DNA of 64,000 nucleotides, taken from contig VJWM01000173.1 in assembly GCA_010909165.1 (NCBI GenBank), positions 441,763 to 505,762 of the forward strand, in the 5' to 3' direction. The notes beneath the pieces are model-generated. The model was not told the origin of the DNA. It did no database searches and was given only the letters and a program-made list of their open reading frames with translations. The stretch is from Anthoceros angustus. Its lineage: Eukaryota; Plantae; Anthocerotophyta. Each line of letters begins with the position of its first letter. Position 1 is the stretch's first letter. Shown here piece by piece: positions 26,691-39,175 of the stretch. Made by a program: the position numbers and the translations under genes.

Positions 26691-26943
26691 GTGCTACATA
26701 TATAGTGTTTAAATATTCAACAGCAAGTTAACCATAGATAAGTTCTCGCTCATGGATTTTTAAAACTATCATTAATAGATGATTAAAAATTTATGGTATT
26801 TTTCATGTTCGCTTTGAAAATAATCACTACTGAGTTCCTATATCAAATGTTTAAATTAGTCAAAGCTATTTAAAAGATGTAGGTCACTTTGTTTGAAGCC
26901 GAAATATTGATATGGGGGCTCGACCATTGTACAGAAAGAAGTG

Positions 26944-27137
26944 ACAAAGTATGGTATATATGCTTAATAAGGGTCCATTGTTTACATGAATTGTAGGGAC
27001 AAAGTATGGTATATATGCTTGATAAGGGTCCATTGTTTACATGAATTGTAGTGAAAAAAGTATGGTATATATGCTTGATAAGGGTCCATTGTTTACATGA
27101 ATTGTATATCAAGGGTCCATTGTTTACATGAATTGTA
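26944..27137. repeat. Tandem repeat, ~55-bp unit x3.5
   Basis: aaagtatggtatatatgcttgataagggtccattgtttacatgaattgta repeated. Confidence 0.9.
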
Positions 27138-27466
27138 TTGATCCGCTTACCAATATTGCATATTTTTCTTCCATAAACTGGTCCGACTAAATTATATTTA
27201 AAAATATTTTATCTATGGTCATTGAACACGTCGAACTCGTATTCAGTCCCTTGTAGTTTAGTCTCATGACATCACCTGTCCCTACTAGACTTTAATAAAT
27301 TGTGATCTTCTTCTAGTTTTAGTCAAATTATAACTCAATTTTACTCTCTTCACCATAGATCCATGACTTAAAAAACCCTTCTAGTTATAGTTTTGATGGT
27401 TACGAGGGTTGATCCTTTTGAACCAAAAGGAATCCGTAGTATAAATTGAAGTGTTGAAGGATCACT

Positions 27467-27748
27467 AAAGAATGCCTTGAGATATGAAACCAAATCCTTA
27501 TACGGTATAGGAAAGGCCTTGAAACTAAACTACGGTACAGGATTGTTATATGTGAAAGGCCTTGAAACTAATATGATGAAATACAAAACTGAATAGTTAC
27601 ACAAATCACAAAAGAATGCCTTGAGATATGAAACCAAGGCTTTATGCGGTATAGGAAAGGCCTTGAAACTAAACTAAGGAGCCGGATCGTTATATGTAAA
27701 AGACCTTGAAACTAAACTAATGAAATACATAACCAAATAGTTACACAC
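27467..27748. repeat. Tandem repeat, ~140-bp unit x2 with internal aaggccttgaaacta subrepeats
   Basis: aaagaatgccttgagatatgaaaccaa at ~27467 and ~27611. Confidence 0.8.
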
Positions 27749-28079
27749 ATGGAACGTCATAACCAATCATGCATGGGGACGAATATGAAAGCACAAGAGT
27801 TCTATAAGTAGTTATTAAATGTATACAGATATATTTCATACAAATCTTGAATATACATGTATAGATAATCATAATAACAAGTTTTAAAAATATACTTATG
27901 GAATGGCCAAATCTAATGTTGGAATGCTTCTACATTAAACTCAAGATTCAACTCTAATTTAGATTCTATGACACTCACACAATGTTATGCATTGTAAAGT
28001 ACACCCTCTCTTTATATAACACATATCTCATCCATTGTGCAAGCCTACCTAACTTGTAACCATTTCGGGGTACTATACT

Positions 28080-28190
28080 ACTGAGAATAACCCTACATCA
28101 CTAGGCATTTTCGAGAATAGCCCTATATCACTAGGTATTTTCGAGAATAGCCCTACTTCAATAGGCATTTTCGAGAATAGCCCTACTTCT
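28080..28190. repeat. 30-bp tandem repeat x~4 (same motif x2 at 30712-30773)
   Basis: taggcattttcgagaatagccctaYatcac. Confidence 0.85.
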
Positions 28191-30150
28191 TGCACCATCT
28201 CCGCACAGAGCGCATGCATCTTCACACACCACAATCAAACACATGGACTTCCACGCCAAAAAGCGTACGCATGCATCAACTCGGATCATAGAGTAAAAGC
28301 AAGTGCTCGGTTCCTACCAGCCTTCACTACCACCCTTAGAAGCAGGACTTCGGAGAACAACAAACACGCCCGCTTTGTAGCAGCAATCATTGCACACTCA
28401 TTACGAACAACCTGACCTTGAAACATCCTCCGCATATTCCGGTAGAATAACAAACATGTGCACACATGAGATCGAAGGACACAAAATCAAAAACTCCCCT
28501 CGAGGGCAGCTACATTGAGTGCGAATGACTGTGATCTTTGGACTATGAAAACGTACTGATGCGGACCGACATCTTATTACGCCGGTGGTGTGGCACAGTG
28601 GGAGTGGCATGGAGCCTTATCCGGTGGCGTGGACTTCTTCACTCTTAGCTGGTGAATCTGCTGGATCGCCTGTTCAAAATCCAAAAACCCAGCAACATGT
28701 TCTTGCAGCTTGCTCCTACAAGCCAGGTTTTCGGCCAACTTCTTGTTCACAACATTACAGTGGTCTGTCTTGGCCTTCACACTTTGGCGGACCAGTTCCA
28801 TGGTGCATCGTTTTGTTTCTGAGTCCAACCCACCGCCATTGAGCACAAGGTCTGCTAGCTGGACCTTTGTCAAGTCCGGATCCTTCAAGGCATCCTCCCC
28901 GCCTTAGCAAGCTTTGACTCCTCATCGCGCCTCCAAGTCCTTCTTCACACGAAGCCACGGTAAATCACCTCCATTGGAGCCCATGGTGAGGCCACTTTTC
29001 TCACGGTCATATGTCTTACCTTTCAATGGACGTCGTGGTCCTTCTCCGTCAAGCTCGCCACAACTTTCGACGAGGACAATGGCTCCTTGTCAATCAATTG
29101 CTTTTCCTTTGTTGGCAGAGAGCAGCTCCAAACTTTGTTGGGGACGGGTCGTGTGGCCTCCCGTGGGCTCCTGCGAACAGGGGAGTTTCCCTCCAGACAT
29201 GGAACGGCCAGCCCCCCTGCACCAAGCTTCACAGCTGGTGGAGCATCATCAGCTGCATCCGAGCCCTCATCTTCCTCACCTCCACCTTCCTCGTCCCCAG
29301 CATCGTCACTCCCATCTTTACACTTCCGTTGTTTCTTCTTCATCTGAAGCTTGTCCCAATAAGCTTGCCAGTTCACCCTTTTACCGAGCAGTTTCTCCAC
29401 CAACACACCAACAGCAAGGTTTCGAGGAACCCTCTCACAAGACAAGCTAGGCGCCTGCATAACTGTACACCAAGTCATCGATGTTCCTCCATTCTTCCAC
29501 GAGAAATTAGTAGTCCCTAGAAGGTAGCCATCATTTGCTCCGGAAGGCCTCCAAAGTACCTAGCCAAAACATCCGACCCACCCACACGCTTCCTTAAGCC
29601 CAATTGCTGTGTTCTCATCCCGCACATTCACCAACAAGGTTTGAGGAACCCTCATGCGCACAAGCTAGGCAGCGCCCGTACAATCCACCAAGTCATCGAT
29701 GTTCCTCCATTCTTCCAGACGATGAAATTAGTAGTCCCTAGAAGGTAGCCATCATTTGCTCCGGAAGGCCTCCAAAGTACCTAGCCAAAACATCCGGCCA
29801 CCCACACGTTCCTTAAGCCCAATTGCGAGGTTCTCATCCGCACATTCACAGCGGATAGAACCGCATCCCCGAGTGCCAATTCCACGGCGGCTCGCTCTCA
29901 AGAGATGTCGACTTGCAAGGCTGCGGTCACTCTCTCGCCAAGGGTGGCAGCCCTCTGCCTCCTTACGTTCCTACTCTCCCTTGGGCGTGATGCCTCCCTG
30001 CCACCATCCTCACTGCAGATCTTGCCATAGCCGCCGCCTCCCCGCAAAGCCACACTGCCTCCCTCCACCCCGCCAAGTGGTTCACCCATGGATTCCGCCC
30101 ACACACCCACACACAAGCCCCACCAACCCAAACTAGCACTTGAGCACCCA
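28190..30150 (-). pseudogene. Degraded transposon-associated ORF (RVNW motif, acidic linker, coiled coil, Cys-rich C-terminus)
   Basis: VEKLLGKRVNWQAYWDKL; DDAGDEEGGGEEDEG; KKLAENLACRSKLQEHV; Cys/His-rich end; bracketed by the same 30-bp repeat. Confidence 0.4.
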
Positions 30151-31070
30151 AAACGCCTCACGGGCGCCACACTAGCACCCTCCTAGGTAGCAAACAAAAC
30201 CGTGTTAGAAACGACCTCCAAAAGCAAGCAATCCAATCGAAATCCAGCCCTACGCCTGCCACCCACAAACGAATCTAAGCTCGCCACACTTCCGGCTTCC
30301 ACGCCACGCAATCGATTCTGCACACGAAGCGCCGGCCTCCACGACGCGCCCACGCCACAAACGTCTGCTCACATGAAGAGTCCGCCTCAAAACACTCGCT
30401 TTGCAAAACCAAAGACCTAATCAACACATGTGGTCGCGTCGCACGCTGCAACATTCAAATAGTGGACAAGGGTACTTAGTCACCGAAATTGTCATTTGTC
30501 CCACCGCTAATTCTGTAATAATGGCAATGATATATGCTATGCATGTTTTATGGAGAAAAAATTCAACAAAATTCTCCTCCCAAAACGTATTGTACACTAA
30601 AATTGAGATCAATTTGACGATATTTTTGCATAAAACATATTCCATGTAACTCGAACATGCCAACCGGGACGGCGCTTCCGTGGTTGTGGTCACCATACTG
30701 TGCTTAGACCCTCAATAGGCATTTTCGAGAATAGCCCTATATCACTAGGCATTTTCGAGAATAGTACTACATCATAATGCATTTTTAAAACCCGGATTTC
30801 ATGGGATATTGGAAATCGGATATCATCAAGTAAAAGGTTACAATCAGGTAGAGAGTTACAACCGAGGCAAGAGTTATAACCCCAAAAGGATTCAGAATGG
30901 TTACAATCGAGGCGAGAATTATAACTCCAAAAGGATGTAGACCACAAATTAATTATAACCACAAAAGGGTTACGTCACGTCCGGTAGCAGTGCCCGTCGG
31001 CATGTTTTGTAGTTTGAAGCCCCACGGTGGCCGGCTCTGGCCATTGTCGACATCATCAATAATTTAATTA

Positions 31071-31973
31071 TGTTAATAATTTAGTGCTTGCTGATAGTCT
31101 ATATTGGTCACACTTGTTCCTTCCAATATATCTAGTTTTTTGCACATCAAATAGAAGGTGGGAATGCATTTGGTAGTAGCCAGTAAGAAGCAATAAGTGC
31201 CAGATTCCCAGCAATCTAGGACCTTTCCAATTCACTCCGGAATAAAGACTTGCACAACTCTCGGTGCTCTCAATCTCACCATGCAGCACTAGGCTCCAAG
31301 TAGCCCGCCGTCAACTGACGACTCATAGGCCACCTCTTCGAGGTGCTGCTCTTTATTCACAAAAGACACACTTGAGTCTCGCTATCTACGCCCAAATGGC
31401 TATTGCCCTTGACTCAACAACAAGCTCACTTGCTAGGTTCTTCACAGCTTTCTCAACACAAGGCTTGCAGTGCTCAATGAACTAACTGATCCTAAGCTCT
31501 TGGTCTAGCCCTTATATATCTCGCTAGCTCGCCGCAATTAGGCAGCTACTAGCCTAGGGGATTCTTGTAGACCACCCATCACCAAGATCTCTAGGCTCTT
31601 CATTAGAGGCTGCAGCAATTCCTCTGTAATAGGAGATTGCATGAAGCATGTAACACATGCATCTTCTCTTTTAACTTTTTATCTTTCTACCTTGTTTCAC
31701 CAGTACTGTTACTCTTTCCCCCACGGGAAGATGTCCTTGTTCTCAATGACATCACCTCAATGTCAATGTTCTCAATGACGTGTAATGTGAGATCATCTAT
31801 GATCCTTGTTACACATCTTCAAGTGAAACCTGTAATGTGAGATCATCTATGATCCTTGTTACACATCTTCAAGTGAAACCCAGACACGATCTGCAAAACC
31901 ACGAAGCCTTACTGGATACTCTGGTACTTAACCAAGAACAGCAGGTGCTTCTCTCTCTACCAGGAATTCAACA
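31071..31973 (-). repeat. Possible solo LTR
   Basis: TGTTAATAATT...AATTCAACA termini; minus-strand TATA near 31512; flanks aatta/atctt do not form a TSD. Confidence 0.35.
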
Positions 31974-33933
31974 ATCTTTTTGCAGTCCATGAGGTCTGTG
32001 CTGAACCAGGATGACATACTCCTTCCTCTTCATATTCTCATTCTCTTTCCAAATCAAAAATGGTTTCAGCAAAGAGACATGAAACACATAATGAGAGAAG
32101 ATACAGTCATGTAGTTATAGTTTATAAGCCACATTTCCAATGCGCTTTAGAACTAAAGAAAGGTCCTCCATACTTAGACCTGAATTTTGAGGTCAACCCT
32201 TGTGGTAGTGGGCAATTCTTACACAAGGCTCAAACTTACACACTTTGTGATACTTATAAAAAGCCAAGTCTCAAAGAAATTCTTATCGTTTTTTTTTTTC
32301 AGTATCCTAAAATCAGTTTTAAGTTTTATTAAACCTAAGATATAACAGTTAAAAGTAATCTTTATCTATAAAAGCATTATTCAACCAAGGCATATATTAA
32401 AATACTTCTAATCGCAACTAGAGCTCAATAGATAACATGGAGATATGCATAGAGGACCCCAATAACCCTTTCCCGCAACAAGAGGGTTATGTGGGATTAC
32501 TATCACATGCAAGCTTCCACTTGGGCATGTCTACGAGAAATACCAAGTTGAAAAATTATGTGATTGATATTTACCACAGATTCTGTATGTGACTACTCCC
32601 AGCTCTTCGAAACCTGCCACGTCGTCCAACTTGGTGGCACTTCCTTCTTCATCAGCTGGTCTTAGGAGCCTGGAGTCAAGTTAACAAGGCCTATGTGTGG
32701 AAGAAGTTGCAACGTTCTCCAGGTGCAGTCCAGCCTTGCTATTCTGCAGCATTTAGCCAGGTTTCTGAGCACAGCTTAACTGCCCGCTGTTCAGCAGCTT
32801 TGTGGGCATTGCCATTCACCGTCCAGGTCAGTCCACCAACCCTGGCCTGGCTGCTGTGAAGGCTGTGGGTTAGAGCGGCCTTGTCAACTACCTTTACGCC
32901 CGTATACATGGTGTGGTCATACAAAGTACCTGGGCATTCTGCCGTAGTCTGGTGTTCGACCCATATTCCTACAGCGGTCCCTGGACCATGGCCACAGGAT
33001 GGCAACCAGACCCCTTGTGAACCCAACAAATTGGTGTGTGTACCAGGAAGCTACATTTTGGCTGACCATGTTACCTTTGCTTGCCTTCCGAAGGCTGTGG
33101 GAGCACTGGTGCCTTATGTACAGAAGGAGGTCACTGTGGTTGCACGATCTGGCTGGGTCACGAAGATCAGGGATCGGGGGTGCCAGCCTGGAATTTGGCG
33201 CAGATTCGATCGAATCGGGTCCGCGCTTGCCGGATTCAGCTTGTAGCAAGTTTTTGCAAACTTCTCGTTCTGTGGCTGTGGAAGAAGAGCTGCTAAGCTG
33301 CAGGGCGGCCGGGTCCTGAGGATCGATGCTGGTCGCGGCATCGCCAATTCATTCCGTGCGAGAGGGGATTAAGGGTGGTCCTGCCTGCCAGTAGCTGTGG
33401 ATGCGCATGGTGTCTCCGGACAAGGTAAATTCCAACATCCCTGCGACACTTCGCAACTTCACTTGCAGAGACGAGGGCAGTTGAAGGCATCTCATGAGGT
33501 ACTTTATTAGAAGTCATTCTGGAGTTTGGACAGTCAGAAACGGGCATTGCAGGTACGAAACCCGGTCTACATCGCCGACCCTTAGCTTCCTTCCTTCAAC
33601 TGGCCAGGTTTGTGGACGGCTGCGAAATCCCGCGACATATGGATAGCGCCTGGGCTTTCTCAGCGCTCTCTGATACGAGACACGCGTTGCATTGTGTTTT
33701 TTTTGTGTCGTGGTCCATTAGCATCATGTTCATCTCTAAAGAAAATTCACGAAGGATTTAGATTATAAATAATTCTAGAAGTTTTATGTTCCTACCATTT
33801 CAAATGTATTCTAAAGACTAAATCCTCTTTACCAGTACCGTCTAAAACCAAATCTTCGATCATAACTTTCACCAAACTTTTACAAAATTCAAATTTGTAC
33901 AAGGCTTACTTTCGGCCTTTGCGGATCGATGCA

Positions 33934-36847
33934 TTACCCTTCCAACTTTTTTAGCATTTGTAAAATGGCCGAGTGTTGAGCTAATAACATTTTAGGCTTT
34001 GGATCGCCGGTGCATTCCATCTTATCACATTGAGGTATATCAATATTCACCATATATGTAAACCTGTATAAGTATAACAAAAAAATTATTTGGTATAATA
34101 AATAGATATTAAAACTGTATTAGTTTTTCAAATAACTTCAAATCTTACTTTTTGCAATTTGGAGGACCTTCTTCTTTGAAAAGTTTGATTTTAGGTTGTC
34201 CATATTTCATGTGAGAACACAACTCCTTCAATTTTTCCAAATCAGGTCGAAGTGTCCCTATCAATTGCCGACGTTGCATATTGCCTGCAAAGAGTTCAAT
34301 TGGATAAACTAGAATATTTAAATTTATTTACAAACAAATGACAAAGTCAAGACAAGAAAGACAAAAGTGTGAACATTACGGTGCATTCTTGAATTCTCCT
34401 TCTTACAATTTGCTAAGCTCTAACACATTAGAAAACAAGAGATTAGTAATTCATGATTAGCTTTACAAACATCTAAAAAAACTGTGCAAAAGACTCACTA
34501 GAATGTACCTCCAAGTGTGGTAGTATCTTTTCTGCTAAATTTGTACGTGCCATCTTTCGACTTGATGAGGGAACTGATTTCTCCGTCAATAAAGGATCAT
34601 GTGGCCTCTTTGGATCAATTAAAACTCCCACAGCCATCTTCAGGCTAGTACCGGCCACATTTTCAAACTTTATAACAAAGTTGATACCTTTTTCTTGACA
34701 TGCCTCCTGAACAAGACGAACTGGGTTCATCGGCAAGTCTTCCACTTTGGAACTTGTGATACTATCAATAAGTGGACGTAAAATCGTTTGCACTTTCTCT
34801 TCGTCAAACTGCATATCCCAAAATATTGCTCCAATGACAGTTTCTAAGTAGTCTGCACATACCTACATCATAAAACATGTCTTGCTTCAATATGTAGCAC
34901 AAAAACAAAAAAAATTCAAATTTTTCTTAACGAATACTATAAAATAAGCTTACTTGATGTCTTTTTGAAGTACCCCATGTAATGCTTGTTGTTCCTCTTG
35001 CACGGTGATCATTGACAATATCATTGTAGTGCTCTATTTTGTGACTGAAACATTGCGCTATACCCTTGTCCACAAATACATTTGCCAAGTGTCCATTGTT
35101 TACTGCTGTAGCTCTCAAGTCAGTTAATTTCCCAGAATCTTCGTTTGGATATGCTTGAACCAGATGTTTGGATACTAGGAAGCTAAGCACAGTGTCACCC
35201 AAAAACTCCAAGCGATCCATATACTGCAACCATAAAGATTAGTTTTGTTAACATTTTATGAGTAATACTGTGATTATTGAACATAGCGAATTACTCAAAA
35301 CAATCAATGTGCATCATAAACTACAACATAAAGGTAAACAAGTCAAGCTTTTGTAGGAATAAGATTAAATAAGATTGGGGTTAAAGTTCATAACCTGAAT
35401 TTGTCGGTCACTTGAAGGCCCATAAATATCTCGTACAATGACCTTATGATGAAATCGATATTTCAATGCACACTCCAGTCTCTTTACATCCTTTTCTATG
35501 TCTCTAAATTGTGGAGGGGATTCAATTCGCATTTCTTTTCTTGCTGTTGCATAGAACAACACACAAGTCATGTTAATAAGGCTATAAAAGGAATTTATTC
35601 AATGTGTTTGAAGATATGATCACAAAATTTAGTATAATTTGAATAAAAAGAATAGTTGGATGCATTACATTGCATGTTAGAAGTTTTTCTTCTAAAATCC
35701 GGTAAACTCTACATCATAACACTTGTCTGTAATAATTAGCACATATTTGAAAGGTCAATCAGTAAACATATTACGAATTGAAATTAAATACAATATAAGT
35801 ACCTTTAGTTGTGGTAGCATACTTTCTGCGAGATTAATCCTTGCTGTTTTCTTACCAACATGCGGGTGTGATTCGTTGCGCATTACAATATGTGAAGACC
35901 CGTCTTCCATTGTCACGACCCTTCCTTTAGCCTTTGTGGTTCCATCATCTAAAACTTCCCACTCTACCTTCCATAAGAGACCTTTCTGCTGGCATATCTC
36001 TTGAGCCGTGCGAACTGGATTTTGTGGCAAGTTCTTTGGATTGAACTTCTCTATTCGTGAATACAGTGGTTTGATAATCCTTTTCACCTCCTGAATGTTG
36101 TAGTTACTGTCGACATATATTACTCCAAGAATACTTTCATAATAGTTGGCAAAAATCTACATATATAATAAAAATAATATCAGTATCAAATAAACATATG
36201 GACTTGTCATTAATAATACAAGATGAATTCATTATACCAACAAAAAGATACATACATGTTGTCGTTTCATTGTACCCCATGGTGTATGATCTTCTTCTAC
36301 CGGAAGAATAAGTTGCTCCACAAGTGTATCATAATCAGGGAATCTATGACGGAAGCATTCAGCAATACCTTCAAATATACAAATACTAGCAAAGTGAAGA
36401 TCTTTAACATGTCCGTCATAACCCCAAACACAAAGGCATTTCGCAATACATTCAAGCATGAATACAAAGTATCTAACAGTACCTTGTTTCACACAAATAG
36501 TAGCCAAGTGGCCATTATTCACAGCTGCTGCCCGCATATCAGTTAATATGCCAGAATGTACGGCTGGAAATTGGTCATAGAAGAATGTTGAGATTAAGAA
36601 ACTCAACACAAAATCCCCTACAAACTCATATCGCTTAAGCAACTGCAATCAAACAAACTCATACTTAAGGAAAAATAAATATTATTATTATTATTATTAC
36701 AAAATAAAGTGAAAAATGTCAATATACCTTCGTATTCTCTTTATTCTGCGGTTCGAAGAAAGTTTTATGCACAAATAGTGCATCTTTGAAATAATAATCA
36801 AGTATCTCCTGTAGGGGCATAATATCATCCATAACTTTTCTCGCCAT
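33934..36847 (-). CDS. RNase THREE-LIKE protein, RNaseIII-dsRBD-RNaseIII-dsRBD-dsRBD (RTL3-like architecture), 11 coding exons, ~621 aa
   Basis: Exons 36847-36728, 36642-36483, 36368-36256, 36156-35803, 35708-35669, 35543-35395, 35223-34954, 34862-34509, 34419-34380, 34284-34149, 34063-33934. All GT-AG and phase-compatible, total 1866 nt, no internal stop. Motifs RYEFVGD/FANYYE, RLEFLGD/CADYLETVIGAIFWD, NPVR.AQEIC, NPVRLVQEAC, LKELC...EEGPPNCKKFTYMV...ECTGDPKPK..AQHSA. Confidence 0.9.
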
Positions 36848-37303
36848 AATGTCATCTATATTGACCTAAGACATATGTAGTGATTAATTGAGTGTCTAGC
36901 ATTACATATATAGAACAAACTTATGTCTTTCATTCGACGATGGGATGCAAATAGTCGCTCACTTAGTTTTTTGTTTTTGTTTCAAGTTGATATGAAGATG
37001 TATTATCACTGATTAAAACTATTTTTTTTCTCATTTATGACCGAATCAATTGGCTAGTGTTTCACTACCTTAATCTTTAGTTTCAATGAAAGGTACCTAG
37101 ACGTTAACTCTATATTCACTTTTCTTAATTATGCACACCATAGATTGTACTTTAAATCCTAATTTAACTTGTCTTTTTAATAGAAGAACATAGAGAGTAC
37201 GAGACTATCCTAGAGAATATATTAGTCTAAGTAAAGTGCAAGCATGATAGGTTCACTCATATTGGCTCTCCAATCTGCACTCATGGTGGCTCTTATCATG
37301 CCG

Positions 37304-39175
37304 TGTGACACTAATATGAGCGCTTTGGGTTTAATGTTTGATTAGTGTTAATTAATCTAATTAGTTATCTTTAAGTAGTTAGTATTAATTAATCCTAAGT
37401 GCATATGTTAATAGGCTAAAGGAGAGGCCCAAGTCCCAAGGCTTAAAGCCTAGAGAGGGGACCAAGGCCAAAGAAGAGGCCCAAGTCTCAAGGCTTGAAG
37501 CTAAGAAAAGGGACCCAAGGCACAAGGAGAGGCCCAAGTCCCAATGCTTGAGGCCAAGAAGAAGAAGGAGAAGAAACCCAAGTCCAAGAAGAGGAATGAG
37601 ACCTCCCCAAGGAAGATTGCCCCTTTAAGGCCAACCAGCCAAGGGAGAAAGAAGAGTAGAATACTCTTGGGCGCTTGGAAGCCGGATTTCAAGGCGATAA
37701 GGAAGGAGAGGATAGCATTTGGTAAATTATTCATCCATTCGCATTGGCTATCCATTCAAAACTCCAAGTTGATTAGCACCCCATCCTAATACTGATCCAT
37801 TCCCAAGGTGCTTAATTGTGGAGTTCTCATAGGACGGTATCCAACTCTGACACTCATCTAAACTCCTTGCACGTCCAAAAGAAATTGAAAAGTACTTGTA
37901 TGGTGTTTAGGCACGCAACCCATAGATACTTAGAGGTTTCACTAATCACGATCTAAGCGACTGGAGAATGTTAACCTTGATTGAGGGTTGTGACATAGCC
38001 ACTAACCACCTTGGAGTGCATGCCTGTACATACTCGATCCAAATGGAGCTACCAACCAGCCAATCCACCGGAGTGAATTCGAAGTCTCGACCAAGAGAGA
38101 AAAGTATGAACACCTCGATTTTGGTGCCAGCAAAGGACGCACAAGAACTCAGCGACTCAATCAGCAATCTTTGAAGGATATGTGAGTGGAAACACACAAG
38201 ACACGTCGGTGCCGTTGGGACAACTCAACCAAAGCGACAGCGAAGAGGACTAGTCTTTAGGAGTCGTCAAGATGGGAGGAGACAAGGATCGAATGGAGTT
38301 GTTCATGGGACGAGCAGGCACCTTGCCATTGGAGGACTTCATCGAAAAAGCACTTGGTGCCACTACTCCGTTTGCACTGGTTCCTGCCGCAAGTGTCCCA
38401 GTTTCTACTGCAGGTGTACTACTTCCTATGGAGCTCGAACTGCTACTCACTAGTCCTCCAGATGTGCTGCTCAACAACCTCGGCTTGTGCTCCCAATAGC
38501 ACGCCAATGCTTCGTCCCCCAAGTACTTCGGCATTTGAATGAAGCCGTATCGCTTCGGGTATCCAGTCTTCAATTCCATCTTGGCACATATCGCACCAGA
38601 TCCCATTGAAGGGATGTTTGACATCTTTCAGCTGGAGCTTCCTGCAAGCACGGATGGGAAGATCTCCGAGTTGACACACTTCAAGCTGAAGTCAGGCGAG
38701 ACTCTGAAGATGGCTTACCGAAGAATCAACCAGTTGGTTTGTGACACTAAGATCATGAGTGACTGACTAGCTGCAGAGAAGTACTTGCAGACATTGCCAT
38801 ATGTGGTCGCCGCCAACTCCTTCTCCGCACATCTTGGCAGGGTCCGGGAGGCGAGGAGTCAAGGCGCCCGCTTCTCCGTGAGGGAGATAGGGGTAGCTCG
38901 GGGTGGGGTTCCCCTGGCGCCTTGGCGGCATCGCTCGCCTCCTCATCGCCTCTCCCGCCACTCCGTTGGCAAAGGTAAGGGCACAGGAGCTGTCCTTGGG
39001 ACGGTGGAATTGGGCGCCTGTTTCCTCTTCTTCGCTTCCTCCCCGAGGCTCGGCGGCAGTGGGAGGCGTTGCGGGCGGGCGACGGCCACCATCTCCATCC
39101 CCGTCGTGATAGCCCCTGGGGATGGCTGTTCTGGTGGGGGAACCAAGAGAAGGGAAGCGGGAATATCCTCCCATA
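37304..39175 (+). mobile_element. Truncated Gypsy-like element: LTR (~37304-38203, with ~55-bp tandem repeats at 37420-37560), PBS-like site ~38207, gag remnant from 38272
   Basis: cggtgccgttggga resembles the TGGCGCCGTTG-type PBS; gag-like ISELTHFKLKSGETLKMAYRRINQL; cut by the CACTA end at 39176; LTR start uncertain. Confidence 0.5.

Noticed and set aside
26944-28190. Short repeat arrays as CRISPR-like loci
   Set aside because: Head-to-tail units with no unique spacers, no cas genes, eukaryotic context
32580-33650. GC-rich overlapping ORFs as a gene
   Set aside because: No recognisable domain or consistent splice pattern, and stops in all frames; left unannotated
33934-37010. 3' half of a Dicer-like (DCL) gene
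   Set aside because: A dsRBD lies between the two RNase III domains, unlike DCLs; the upstream exon candidate (~36964-37008) ends in a stop, and no PAZ or helicase sequence precedes it
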